Below are positions 40,295 through 49,385 of a DNA stretch of 49,385 nt, in pieces; positions within the stretch are counted from its first letter, which is position 1; every line of letters starts with the position of its first letter. The notes below the pieces were generated by a model. It had not been told where the DNA came from. It searched no databases and saw only the letters and a list, made by a program, of their open reading frames with translations. The DNA is from a virus: the IMG/VR virus record IMGVR_UViG_3300025858_000002; one strand, given 5' to 3'. Position numbers and translations under genes: made by a program.

Positions 40295-41700
40295 TAATAA
40301 ATGGACAGAAAGTAAATTTTGATAGAATTGTCAGAGTTACTCTGATAGGATGGCAGGGTTGTATTGTTGAATATTGTCCATTGGCTGATGAATCCTTGAT
40401 AGCAAGAATTGAATTTGAAACATTAGAAATTCCATCTAAAAATAACCCAAAAAAGCCAGGCTACACAGCAACTGTTAAGCTTTATAATGTTGATGATAGA
40501 ATTGCCACTTGTATAGCTAATAATCAAAAATGGCTTGTAGATTATGTCAATGCAGAAATGACAGATGAACAAAAGAAAGCAGCAGTAAAGAAATATTATT
40601 CTGATAGATTACAGTTAAGATTGGAAGCTGGTTATTGGAATCACGAAGGTAATAAAAGAGATTACAAACCTTTATTTGAAGGATTTGTTAATTCTTCCTA
40701 CACATATCGTAAAGGACAAGATTATATATCTGTCTTACAATGTTATAATTTTATGGAAGATACACCAAATAATAAAGCTATACTTGATAGTATTAGTAGT
40801 TACTCTGAGGATGAAACTATAACTACGAGTGAAAATAGAAAAGGTGATAGTAATTGGAATTCAACATTCCATAAATTTGTATCAAATTTTGCTATCTTTA
40901 AGAAAAATCCGCTTTATCATTTAACTAACGATGAAGAAGTATTCCCTAAAATGACTCTAGTGACAGATGAAGATAGAAAAAATGGTGACTTTTTTATAAT
41001 TAGATATGCCACTGATGCTACTGGGAAAAAGGCAGATCCTATTTTAGCGAGTAAATTATCGGTAGGTGCAAGCGGTATAAATACTAGTTCTTTTTATTCA
41101 AATGAATCAACGTTGTATGGATTACTATCGGATTTATGTAAATATAAAAATTCTAATTGCTGGTGGACGGAAGATTATGACTTTAATACTGATAAAGTAA
41201 CTTATATTATTTATCCAAAAGGAAGCGGTAGTGATTATACAGAATCGGATAAATCTGAAATACAGATTGTTAATTATCAGAATCTTCTTGAAGCACCAAC
41301 TGTTACAGGAGGCGGGAGCTTAACAATAAGAATGTTATTTGAACCAACAGCAAAGCCATTATTAAGGGTAGCTTTAATTATAAAAGACGTAGGAACTGTT
41401 AATGGAACAAGTAATAGTAGTGTTATAAATGCATCATCTTTTTCAGCAACTCAACAAAGTATCAACGCTAATTTACAGTCTGGTAATTTTACACCATTAG
41501 TACAAGGTCCTTATTCTATGTCTGTATATTCTCAAGAAAAAATGAATGAACAGGCACAAAAGAAAGGTTATTTATTCAATATAGGATTCCCAATTATTAG
41601 AGTTGAACACAAAGGTGATACTCATAGTCCAACCTGGGAAACAAATATAACAACTGCACCAACAATAAAAGGTATATTTACTAAGGATTTAAATAAATGA
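40291..41700 (+). CDS. Baseplate hub-like protein
   Basis: 469 aa, upstream of the spike gene. Confidence 0.4.
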   Translation: MIINGQKVNFDRIVRVTLIGWQGCIVEYCPLADESLIARIEFETLEIPSKNNPKKPGYTATVKLYNVDDRIATCIANNQKWLVDYVNAEMTDEQKKAAVKKYYSDRLQLRLEAGYWNHEGNKRDYKPLFEGFVNSSYTYRKGQDYISVLQCYNFMEDTPNNKAILDSISSYSEDETITTSENRKGDSNWNSTFHKFVSNFAIFKKNPLYHLTNDEEVFPKMTLVTDEDRKNGDFFIIRYATDATGKKADPILASKLSVGASGINTSSFYSNESTLYGLLSDLCKYKNSNCWWTEDYDFNTDKVTYIIYPKGSGSDYTESDKSEIQIVNYQNLLEAPTVTGGGSLTIRMLFEPTAKPLLRVALIIKDVGTVNGTSNSSVINASSFSATQQSINANLQSGNFTPLVQGPYSMSVYSQEKMNEQAQKKGYLFNIGFPIIRVEHKGDTHSPTWETNITTAPTIKGIFTKDLNK

Positions 41701-42413
41701 AAATTCCTCCGGAATCAATCTTTGCAAAATATCTTATTAAAACTCATTATTTAGTAAGAGTGCTTACTTTCTATCCTGAAACACAAACAGTAGATGTAAT
41801 ACAAGATACATTTGAATTTACACCATCACCAATAGGTAATTATATTGTTACTAATGAATTCGATGAAGAAGTTGTTACGGTATTGACTACTCCAGATATT
41901 ATAAGAGGAATACCGGTACAACAGTTAAGATGGGGACAGTTTGAGATACAATGCTGTCCAAAGAAAGACGATACTGGATATATTGAAGTATTTGTTGATG
42001 ATATACAAGATTGGATAGAAAATGGTTCTAAGTCAGTTCCTTGGAGTGATAGTAAGTTCTTAAAGAAGAATTCTGTATTTGTTCCATTTGTTCCGAATCA
42101 CAAGAATGCTGTTGAAGATTACCCAACACTTAATGATAGATTGATTATTAAATCCGAATCAGCTAAGGTTGAAATAGTAGAAGACAATGATGGAACAAAA
42201 ATAAATGCTATAGCAGATACCATAGCTTTTACTGGCGATTTAAGTGTAGATGGGGATATAACTTGTACTGGCGATATTAAAGCTACAGGTGATGTTATTG
42301 CTGGTACTGTAAGTTTAAAGAATCATACACACGCTGTTCCTGGAACAGGATTGTCGGCACCATCTGGTGGTGGACCAGTAACAGGATCAGCAACAAGTAA
42401 TGCACCTGCATAA
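41697..42413 (+). CDS. Baseplate spike (gpV/Mu gp45-like)
   Basis: C-terminal GDLSVDGDITCTGDIKATGDVIAGTVSLKNHTH. Confidence 0.6.
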   Translation: MKIPPESIFAKYLIKTHYLVRVLTFYPETQTVDVIQDTFEFTPSPIGNYIVTNEFDEEVVTVLTTPDIIRGIPVQQLRWGQFEIQCCPKKDDTGYIEVFVDDIQDWIENGSKSVPWSDSKFLKKNSVFVPFVPNHKNAVEDYPTLNDRLIIKSESAKVEIVEDNDGTKINAIADTIAFTGDLSVDGDITCTGDIKATGDVIAGTVSLKNHTHAVPGTGLSAPSGGGPVTGSATSNAPA

Positions 42414-42423
42414 GGAGAAATAA

Positions 42424-42783
42424 ATGATAACCTGGACAACTGATGCAAATAATGATATTAGCTTAGCTAATGGGCAAATTGCTAATAATCAAGCACTAGC
42501 AGCTTTACGCACTAGAATAGATGCAGCATTGCAAATTATAAAGGGTGAGTTTGACGATACCACTCAAGGTGTTGACTATTTTGGTATTATATTTTCTGAT
42601 ACACCTTTATCTATGAAGGTTCAGGAAATAACAAGAGTAATTAACTTGATAGATGGTGTAGAGAAAGTTGAGTTCAAAAACTACTCCTTCGATAATAAAA
42701 CACAAACAATGACATATTATTTCACTATTTATAGCACTTATGGACAATTTGACTATAATAGTTTATTTGATATTTCTGCATAA
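42424..42783 (+). CDS. Baseplate wedge protein (gp25/W-like)
   Basis: Size, and position before the J-like gene. Confidence 0.45.
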   Translation: MITWTTDANNDISLANGQIANNQALAALRTRIDAALQIIKGEFDDTTQGVDYFGIIFSDTPLSMKVQEITRVINLIDGVEKVEFKNYSFDNKTQTMTYYFTIYSTYGQFDYNSLFDISA

Positions 42784-42812
42784 TGATGTTATAATAATTT
42801 AGAGGTAATAAA

Positions 42813-43994
42813 ATGGGAAAATGGACTGATCAAGGTTTTGTAGCTAACTCATTGCTGTATTACAAATCTCAGCTTCAAGAATTGTTTATAGAAGCCTTTG
42901 GTGATGATTTCTTAATTGATGATTCTTTGCCACAGGGTGTATTGATAACAAGAATAGCTGAACTATTATACAACACTGATATGGATGGTATAGAAGCGTT
43001 TAGCAGATTAAACATTAACACTGCTACTGGTATTCTATTGGATATGATAGGTAACCATCGTGGATTACCAAGATCTGAAGGCACTCCACAGCTTGCTACA
43101 GTTACAATTACATCTAATTCATTACAGTTACCTTATACTATCCCACAGGGGCAAGTGTTTACAACAACTGGTAAGAATGATTCATTTATAGCTCAGACCG
43201 GTAAGCTGATAACAACAGCTACTGAAACAATAGTTTTAGAATATTCACAAGATGGCAATTCAAATACAAGTGTTGGTGATACAATGTACACCACTAATTT
43301 GCCACAGATTACTAATCTTGAAGTAACATTGATGACTGATGGACAACCAACAGAAGCAGATATTGATTACAGAACACGGTTAATAAATACCTACGCAGTT
43401 GCAAATAATACATTAAGCTGGGTAAAGAACCAATTATTAGATTTAGATACAGTTAAAACAGTTGGTTTTAATTATAATGATACTGCTGGTGTTGTAGATA
43501 CATTACCAGCCTACACGACAGAATGGATGGTAGTTCCAGTAGAAGGTGCAGATGTAGATTATTTTAAAGATCAAGTAGGAACTACTATTATAAATAATAA
43601 GGTTCCAAGTTCTCCTACAGCTGGCAATACTACAGTTGAAGTTATTGATGTATTTGGTAAAACTAAAGATGTAAACTTTACTATACCAGATAAGATAGAA
43701 TTAGCAATTGAGGTATCTGTATCAACGCCTGAAACAACTGGTGTACTTGATTTGACTAATGTAAATTCAGAAAAAATAGCTATATCAGATTATATCAATA
43801 GCTTAGATATTGGTAAGAATGTATCATACGCTAGATGTTTAGCACCATTAACATCTGATACTGGTTATGACATTGTTGAGTTTAAGATAAAAGATAAAGC
43901 AATAGGTACTTGGGTTATTAACAGTAACTTTACTATTGCTAGCAGAGAATATGCATCTATTGAACTTGGTGATATAACTATTGGAAACGCGTAA
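42813..43994 (+). CDS. Baseplate J-like protein
   Basis: 393 aa, in the expected position within the baseplate cassette. Confidence 0.55.
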   Translation: MGKWTDQGFVANSLLYYKSQLQELFIEAFGDDFLIDDSLPQGVLITRIAELLYNTDMDGIEAFSRLNINTATGILLDMIGNHRGLPRSEGTPQLATVTITSNSLQLPYTIPQGQVFTTTGKNDSFIAQTGKLITTATETIVLEYSQDGNSNTSVGDTMYTTNLPQITNLEVTLMTDGQPTEADIDYRTRLINTYAVANNTLSWVKNQLLDLDTVKTVGFNYNDTAGVVDTLPAYTTEWMVVPVEGADVDYFKDQVGTTIINNKVPSSPTAGNTTVEVIDVFGKTKDVNFTIPDKIELAIEVSVSTPETTGVLDLTNVNSEKIAISDYINSLDIGKNVSYARCLAPLTSDTGYDIVEFKIKDKAIGTWVINSNFTIASREYASIELGDITIGNA

Positions 43995-44536
43995 TGTATG
44001 ATAACCAAAATTATCCTTGGGCTTACCAAAAGGCACCTAATCTTGTTAAGATATATGATGGTCTTTTCCCATTAGTATCTAAAGCAACTCCATTAGGTAT
44101 AGGTAATGCTTTCTATTTGGATTACCTTACAGGTAAAGGGTTATTACAGTATGGACAATATTGGGGTTTAAGGGGTGTTTGGAGTAATCTTATAAATGGT
44201 ATGACGTGGGATATGGATATATGGAATTCCCCTACCAAAGTTTGGGATGGAACACCGACAGATATTAACGAAGATATGTTCAAGAAATATATCTCTGTTA
44301 AGACATTTGCTAATGGTAAAAATATGTCTTTGAATCTACTTAAAGATTGCTTTGATATATTGCTAGTAGGAAAGACATACACAATAGAAGTAATAGAAGA
44401 TTATCTTGAATATATTATTAAGATAACTGCATCTCAAGCAGTAATTGATACGATATTTCAGATAAAAAGTTCAGATCCTGAGTTTTTAGGTAAACCATCA
44501 GGAATTAAATATAGTTTTTTATTAGAAGCTATTTAG
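43994..44536 (+). CDS. Baseplate/tail-fibre adaptor (gpI-like)
   Basis: Position. Confidence 0.4.
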   Translation: MYDNQNYPWAYQKAPNLVKIYDGLFPLVSKATPLGIGNAFYLDYLTGKGLLQYGQYWGLRGVWSNLINGMTWDMDIWNSPTKVWDGTPTDINEDMFKKYISVKTFANGKNMSLNLLKDCFDILLVGKTYTIEVIEDYLEYIIKITASQAVIDTIFQIKSSDPEFLGKPSGIKYSFLLEAI

Positions 44537-44545
44537 GAGTAAAAA

Positions 44546-46603
44546 ATGTTACATAAAGGTAGTATATTTGCACAGTCTGGTTCTTTAGATCCGACAAAGA
44601 CCAATACTGATTTCCAACTAGGGCATTTCCCTGGTACAACAGCTAAAGCTGAAGATGTTAACACATATGGAAATATGTCGGATGCCGAATTAAAAGCTGT
44701 ATGCAATGAAGTGGAAAATGCTATTACTGGTTACGGAGTAACATTAGATCCTAATAGTTCTACTCAATTGGAGAATGTTCTTAAGAACAAAGTCGGTGGT
44801 GGGACAGGACAAACTGGTATAGATTATTCAACTTTCACTACAGCTCCTACACAAGCTGGGAATGCTATTAACTTTGCTACGTTTGACATCTTATTCAATA
44901 ATGAAGTTTTCTATGGTAAGACACAAGGTGATTTCACAAGAGTTACTATTGCTGCACAAACAGTATCAGCAACTGGTGCGTGGGATGATGGTGTTCATTT
45001 TATTTATTCAGATAATAATGGTAATATTCTTCATCAACAAGAAATGATACAAGGATCTGACGGTGATACCAAATGTATGTTGGGTAGTGTATTTGTTATA
45101 AGCGGTATATTTCAGACAGATAGCTGGAAATTTCAACCTTGGTTACAAATAACGTCTGCTGAAACAAGAGAATCATCCACTGCTCAAACTAAGGGTGGAA
45201 TGATGATGGCTGCCGGTGGTATTAAATTACAGATGGGTGCATTGGAAGTTAAAGCTGAAGGTATTAACTTTGCTGTAAATAAGTATGATCCTAACATTAT
45301 GCAAATGGGTGCTTTGAATCCGTATCCGTATAAGTTCTTGTATAAAGATTATAATCCATCGTTACCATCTGCTACAGATGTAGATACAACTCATTTGTAC
45401 AATATGACCAGCGGAACTTGGGATGATATATCTTCGCACGAAGGATATATTTGTTTAGTTCCTTGTATTGCTCCTACGGGACAAACATTGATGATACCAG
45501 CAATGAGTACAAAAGCTGGTGCAACATATGCTAGCATATTCTCTTCAATAGATGAAGCATCAGATGCAGTATTCTCACTAACATATGACTTAGATAATGT
45601 AGCTAAGAGATCTATTTATCTTGGACAAACATTGATTGTTAAGATTGGTGCAGATGACTTTACTGATCCTACACAATTTATGGTTGTTGGTTTAGTTCCA
45701 CAAGAATTAGCAAGCTTTACAAATAATGGTGGACAAGGCGGTGGCGTACCTGGTAGCTATATGCCAATGCCGGAAGTCACTTGGACTGCAACTAGCTTAA
45801 TTCTTCAGAACAATGCATCTAATTATGTTACAGGTTCTGCAAGTGTTCCTGTTACTGTATTTATGCCAGTTAACCAAATTGACACAGTGAATCAAGTTAT
45901 TCTTAAATATTTTCACGATACGGGTTTTCAAGGTATGACCTTTGAATCTAGTGTTAAATGGTGGTCAGGACATTTACCTGTATTCACAACTGGACAGAAT
46001 ACGATTATTATATTTGATTATATTTCTGGAAGCTGGTATGGAAGAGAAATAAATGCAAATATGTATGCTCCTATTGGAAGTTTGGTTACATATGCTGTAA
46101 GTACAACACCAGCTGGGTATTTATATTGTGATGGTTCTGCAATTAGCCGTACTTCGTATAGTGCTTTGTTTGCAGTAATTGGAACAAAATTTGGTGCTGG
46201 AGATGGATCTACAACATTCAATTTGCCAATAAGAAATGATCCACTTACTGAAGTTTATAGAGCAACTATAAGCAATCAACAGGTAGTTATTTATTCCAAT
46301 GGTAGTATGGATATTACGGCTACTGCTGGGTTTACTGGTGGTTCAAAGACATTCTCTGTACCATTTGAATCAGCTCCTGCTGCAGTTGGCGGTGGTGTTG
46401 ACCAGTACGCCGGAGAAAGACAAATATATGCTTACGTAAGCGGTACAACTGCAACAACGATTATAATATCAGAAAGAACTGATAATGTATTTAGATGGGC
46501 TGTAACTGGAATGGCATCAAAGACTTGGTTAGCTACTAACTTACCAAGACGCTTTAATGCATCTGGCGATCCTAATCTATTCTATGTATTTATTAAATAC
46601 TAA
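44546..46603 (+). CDS. Tail fibre with phage tail-collar domain
   Basis: PIGSLVTYAVSTTPAGYLYCDGSAISRTSYSALFAVIGTKFGAGDGSTTFNLP. Confidence 0.75.
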   Translation: MLHKGSIFAQSGSLDPTKTNTDFQLGHFPGTTAKAEDVNTYGNMSDAELKAVCNEVENAITGYGVTLDPNSSTQLENVLKNKVGGGTGQTGIDYSTFTTAPTQAGNAINFATFDILFNNEVFYGKTQGDFTRVTIAAQTVSATGAWDDGVHFIYSDNNGNILHQQEMIQGSDGDTKCMLGSVFVISGIFQTDSWKFQPWLQITSAETRESSTAQTKGGMMMAAGGIKLQMGALEVKAEGINFAVNKYDPNIMQMGALNPYPYKFLYKDYNPSLPSATDVDTTHLYNMTSGTWDDISSHEGYICLVPCIAPTGQTLMIPAMSTKAGATYASIFSSIDEASDAVFSLTYDLDNVAKRSIYLGQTLIVKIGADDFTDPTQFMVVGLVPQELASFTNNGGQGGGVPGSYMPMPEVTWTATSLILQNNASNYVTGSASVPVTVFMPVNQIDTVNQVILKYFHDTGFQGMTFESSVKWWSGHLPVFTTGQNTIIIFDYISGSWYGREINANMYAPIGSLVTYAVSTTPAGYLYCDGSAISRTSYSALFAVIGTKFGAGDGSTTFNLPIRNDPLTEVYRATISNQQVVIYSNGSMDITATAGFTGGSKTFSVPFESAPAAVGGGVDQYAGERQIYAYVSGTTATTIIISERTDNVFRWAVTGMASKTWLATNLPRRFNASGDPNLFYVFIKY

Positions 46604-46613
46604 AGAGGAATAA

Positions 46614-46934
46614 ATGATAAAACTAATTATAGCTGATACATTGAATCTTTCTTTTGCTGTAATAAATAACACAGACCAATCACCTGCCGACTTATCAACT
46701 GTAACTGCAAGGTTAATGATAAAGAAGTCATTAACTGATAAGATTCCAAAAGTTACTAAAGAGTTGATTCATCCTGTTTCAAACATACTAAACTTTGAAG
46801 TTACAGCTGATGAAACTGCTACACTAGCAGCAGGACAATACAATATTGGTCTAAAGTTATATTATGATAGCGGCGTTGAGATTACTCAATGGCAAGATTT
46901 ACTAGTTGCTGAAAAAGGTGTATTTGATGAGTGA
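46614..46934 (+). CDS. Hypothetical protein (fibre module)
   Basis: ORF track. Confidence 0.45.
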   Translation: MIKLIIADTLNLSFAVINNTDQSPADLSTVTARLMIKKSLTDKIPKVTKELIHPVSNILNFEVTADETATLAAGQYNIGLKLYYDSGVEITQWQDLLVAEKGVFDE

Positions 46935-48387
46935 TATGATAATTGTTCCATTAAAAATAGACCCATTGGTTATAACCAAATTAGAACCAGCACAGGGTAT
47001 AACAACCTTACGCGGTGAGTCTTTTATATGGAATCCAGATGTTGCTAACGATTTAATAGAACAATTAAATGCAGCATTAGAATATATATCAACATTATCA
47101 TTAGCTGACTTACCATCAGATCCTTTGCATAGAACTGTTACTGATACGCAAATCGCTGACTGGACACTGGCATATATTCAAACGCATACACATATCAATA
47201 AGCTCGTATTAGACGCTACTACTGCTAGCTTTACTATAGCACAGGCTGCTAATTTAGCTAATCAGAGTGGCGTTAATACTGGTGACCAGGACTTATCAAG
47301 TTATGCTCTAAAGACTGAAATACCAACAGCATTAAGCCAATTATTATCAGATTCAACTCACAGAACCGTAACAGATGCTGAAAAAGCATCTTGGAATACT
47401 GCATCAAGCGAAGCTCATACACACAGTAATAAGAGTTCTTTAGATTTAGTATCAGGAACTAATACTGGTGATGAAACTGCTACCACAATTAAAAGCAAAT
47501 TAGGAATTACAACTTTATCTGGTTCAAATACTGGTGATCAATATATACCAACAGCACTAAGTGAGTTTACAGATGACTCTACTCATAGATTAGTAACTGA
47601 CACAGAAAAGTCAACTTGGAATGGCAAACAGGATGCATTAGGCTTTACACCTGAAAACATTGCTAATAAGAACGTTAACAACGGTTATTGCCCTTTAGAT
47701 AGTGGTGGCAAAGTACCTTTAGCTAATTTACCATCTACTTTATTGAAATACCAAGGTGTATGGAATGCTTCTACAAATACTCCTACACTTACCAACCCAG
47801 ATTTAACAAAGGTTGGGTATGTTTACAATGTAGGAACGGCGGGAACACAGTTTGGGATTACTTTTAGCCTTGGTGACTGGGCTATCTATAATGCGTCTGG
47901 TTATGTAGAGAAATCTGATAATTCAGATGATGTTGTTAGTGTTAATGGTCAGACAGGTGTAGTAGTTCTAGCTAAAGGAGATGTTGGTTTAGGCAATGTA
48001 GATAATACATCAGACGTTAATAAGCCTATATCGACAGCAACACAAAATGCCCTTAACTTAAAAGCTGATTCGGCTAGCTTGGGAGATTATGTAGTAGAAA
48101 TGGCTACAGGATTATCCGGTACAAATTATACAGATGGTTGGTATAGACTATATAATACAGGTTGGATTGAACAAGGTGCTTTTGTAGCTGCAGTTGACAC
48201 TGTGGCTTTGATAAAAACTATGAAGTATGTTAATCAAGTTTTGATGGCAAAAGTACAGGCGATTGCTACATCATCAACTGGACGTGTAATTGCAGTAAAA
48301 GATAATTCAACAGCTTCAACATTAAATGTACTTCGTAATGATTCTGGATTTAAGTGGTCTTACGATATAAAAGGCACAGTTGCATAA
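46927..48387 (+). CDS. Second tail fibre with HR.VTD...W...HTH.NK repeats
   Basis: Three repeats: PLHRTVTDTQIADW..THTHINK, STHRTVTDAEKASW..AHTHSNK and STHRLVTDTEKSTW. The start overlaps the upstream stop. Confidence 0.6.
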   Translation: MSDMIIVPLKIDPLVITKLEPAQGITTLRGESFIWNPDVANDLIEQLNAALEYISTLSLADLPSDPLHRTVTDTQIADWTLAYIQTHTHINKLVLDATTASFTIAQAANLANQSGVNTGDQDLSSYALKTEIPTALSQLLSDSTHRTVTDAEKASWNTASSEAHTHSNKSSLDLVSGTNTGDETATTIKSKLGITTLSGSNTGDQYIPTALSEFTDDSTHRLVTDTEKSTWNGKQDALGFTPENIANKNVNNGYCPLDSGGKVPLANLPSTLLKYQGVWNASTNTPTLTNPDLTKVGYVYNVGTAGTQFGITFSLGDWAIYNASGYVEKSDNSDDVVSVNGQTGVVVLAKGDVGLGNVDNTSDVNKPISTATQNALNLKADSASLGDYVVEMATGLSGTNYTDGWYRLYNTGWIEQGAFVAAVDTVALIKTMKYVNQVLMAKVQAIATSSTGRVIAVKDNSTASTLNVLRNDSGFKWSYDIKGTVA

Positions 48388-48444
48388 TTATTTAATAGAA
48401 AACAATTTTAAAAAGCGTTATAATGAAACTAAAAGGAGTTCATA

Positions 48445-48714
48445 ATGTTTTTAGGAAAATTTGATGTTTTATCAACTGAATGGACAACACTAGAAGAAGT
48501 TCTTGGCAGCGTATCTGCTGATCTTACATATACAATTCAACTAATCAGTGGTATTGGGGTATTATTTAATGACAATTCTAGTGAACCTGCAGTTGATGAA
48601 GGTATGGTATTAAGTGGTGGAAATCCAACAGCTGTTTATAAAAATGGCAATGGTGTTCTTTATATGAAAGCTATTGGTGATACTGCTTATATTGCTATTT
48701 CTACAGATGAATAG
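48445..48714 (+). CDS. Hypothetical protein
   Basis: ORF track. SD AAGGAG. Confidence 0.45.
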   Translation: MFLGKFDVLSTEWTTLEEVLGSVSADLTYTIQLISGIGVLFNDNSSEPAVDEGMVLSGGNPTAVYKNGNGVLYMKAIGDTAYIAISTDE

Positions 48715-48723
48715 GAGATTATA

Positions 48724-48885
48724 ATGAGTTTAGCTATAAATAATGTTCTTTATCTAGGAAGTGCAGTACCAGGAAGCGGTGGCGGCAGTGCTGGACGTAC
48801 ATTTACATTAGCTGCATCCGAATCAGAAGCTCTAGCATTATCATTAGAAGCTGGCGTAGGAACGTTTGTATATTATTATATATAA
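48724..48885 (+). CDS. Hypothetical small protein (53 aa)
   Basis: Own translation MSLAINNVLYLGSAVPGSGGGSAGRTFTLAASESEALALSLEAGVGTFVYYYI. SD GGAG. Confidence 0.4.
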   Translation: MSLAINNVLYLGSAVPGSGGGSAGRTFTLAASESEALALSLEAGVGTFVYYYI

Positions 48886-48894
48886 GGAACCTAA

Positions 48895-49385
48895 ATGACA
48901 ACTGCAATTTCTCAAATTATGTATGAAAACGGACATAAGATCCCAACTTTTTGTGAAGCTGGGCTTAAAACCAATGCATATGAGAATGGACATAAAGTAT
49001 TTCCAGATGAAACACTTGATTGTTTTCAATTGACGATTAAAGATACTGAACAATTTTCAGTTGCAATATCAGCATCAGGTGATTTTACTATCGATTGGGG
49101 CGATGGAATAAGCGATACTATCAACAAGACAAATACTACAAATACTGCATATACTCACGATTATACTAGTCGTGGTAATTATTACGTAAAAATTCGTGGC
49201 TTAGCAACAGGTTATAATACTTCTAATTTCCCTTGTTTAGGATTTCCTAATAGGACTGAAGTAATAGCTGTTGCTGGTGATTTAGGTGCGATATTTCCAC
49301 AAGTTGGTGGTGTTTATCCACAAAGTATGTTCTTTAATATGTTCCTTGGGTGTTCAAATTTAGTAAGTGTTAGAGGTGATATATT
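48895..49385 (+). CDS. DUF285/BspA-like repeat protein, 5' part (open at the window end; continues at 128..875)
   Basis: ATG 48895 with no stop before the window end, so it is absent from the ORF track. DFTIDWGDGISDT...YTHDYTSRGNYYVKIRG looks like a PKD-like beta-sandwich. Confidence 0.7.
   Translation, partial: MTTAISQIMYENGHKIPTFCEAGLKTNAYENGHKVFPDETLDCFQLTIKDTEQFSVAISASGDFTIDWGDGISDTINKTNTTNTAYTHDYTSRGNYYVKIRGLATGYNTSNFPCLGFPNRTEVIAVAGDLGAIFPQVGGVYPQSMFFNMFLGCSNLVSVRGDI
49259..49385. repeat. Terminal overlap identical to 1..127
   Basis: Direct comparison. Confidence 0.9.

Noticed and set aside
1-49385. CRISPR arrays, diversity-generating retroelements, stop-codon recoding, and inteins or introns in large genes.
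   Set aside because: There is no regularly spaced repeat array and no reverse transcriptase or template/variable repeat pair. All large genes read through with standard stops, and the only tRNA is a normal Tyr (GUA). The terminase, portal and helicase genes are uninterrupted.

Overview
The window is a complete, circularly closed genome of a low-GC tailed dsDNA phage. Bases 1-127 repeat at 49259-49385, giving a unit length of 49,258 bp. A rightward late block (24058..48885, wrapping through the junction to 2433) encodes terminase, portal, capsid, a contractile tail, baseplate, two fibres, a DUF285/BspA-like repeat protein, a holin and a lipoprotein. A leftward early/middle block (23585 down to 2376) encodes ERF, a YqaJ exonuclease, SSB, a DnaB-like ATPase, two DNA methyltransferases, HNH and AP2 proteins, a lysozyme and many small ORFs. 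No integrase, repressor, CRISPR array or reverse transcriptase was seen. The unusual content is RNA. (1) A complete type II hammerhead ribozyme lies on the minus strand at 15867..15934, between a class-II glutamine-amidotransferase-like gene and the next gene. (2) A dispersed set of GC-rich, tRNA-like RNAs has a G-rich/C-rich terminal helix followed by ACCA (ACCU in one case). They lie at 2015, 4999, 10416, 14169 and 15019, alongside a genuine tRNA-Tyr at 14078..14162. Each ends 10-20 nt before a ribosome-binding site or the next RNA. (3) Further structured non-coding spacers lie at 7138, 10221, 14281, 15146 and 17138. The second notable item is a three-gene cluster of two Amidoligase_2 paralogues plus a Cys2 Ntn amidotransferase-like protein (15935..19677). 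To my knowledge this neighbourhood has only in-silico functional predictions. Other observations are a -1 frameshift site in the tail chaperone, a G-quadruplex and GGTAGT-repeat control region, a GC-shifted module of micro-ORFs, and an orphan paralogue fragment. Functional calls rest on motifs read by eye. No database search was run.
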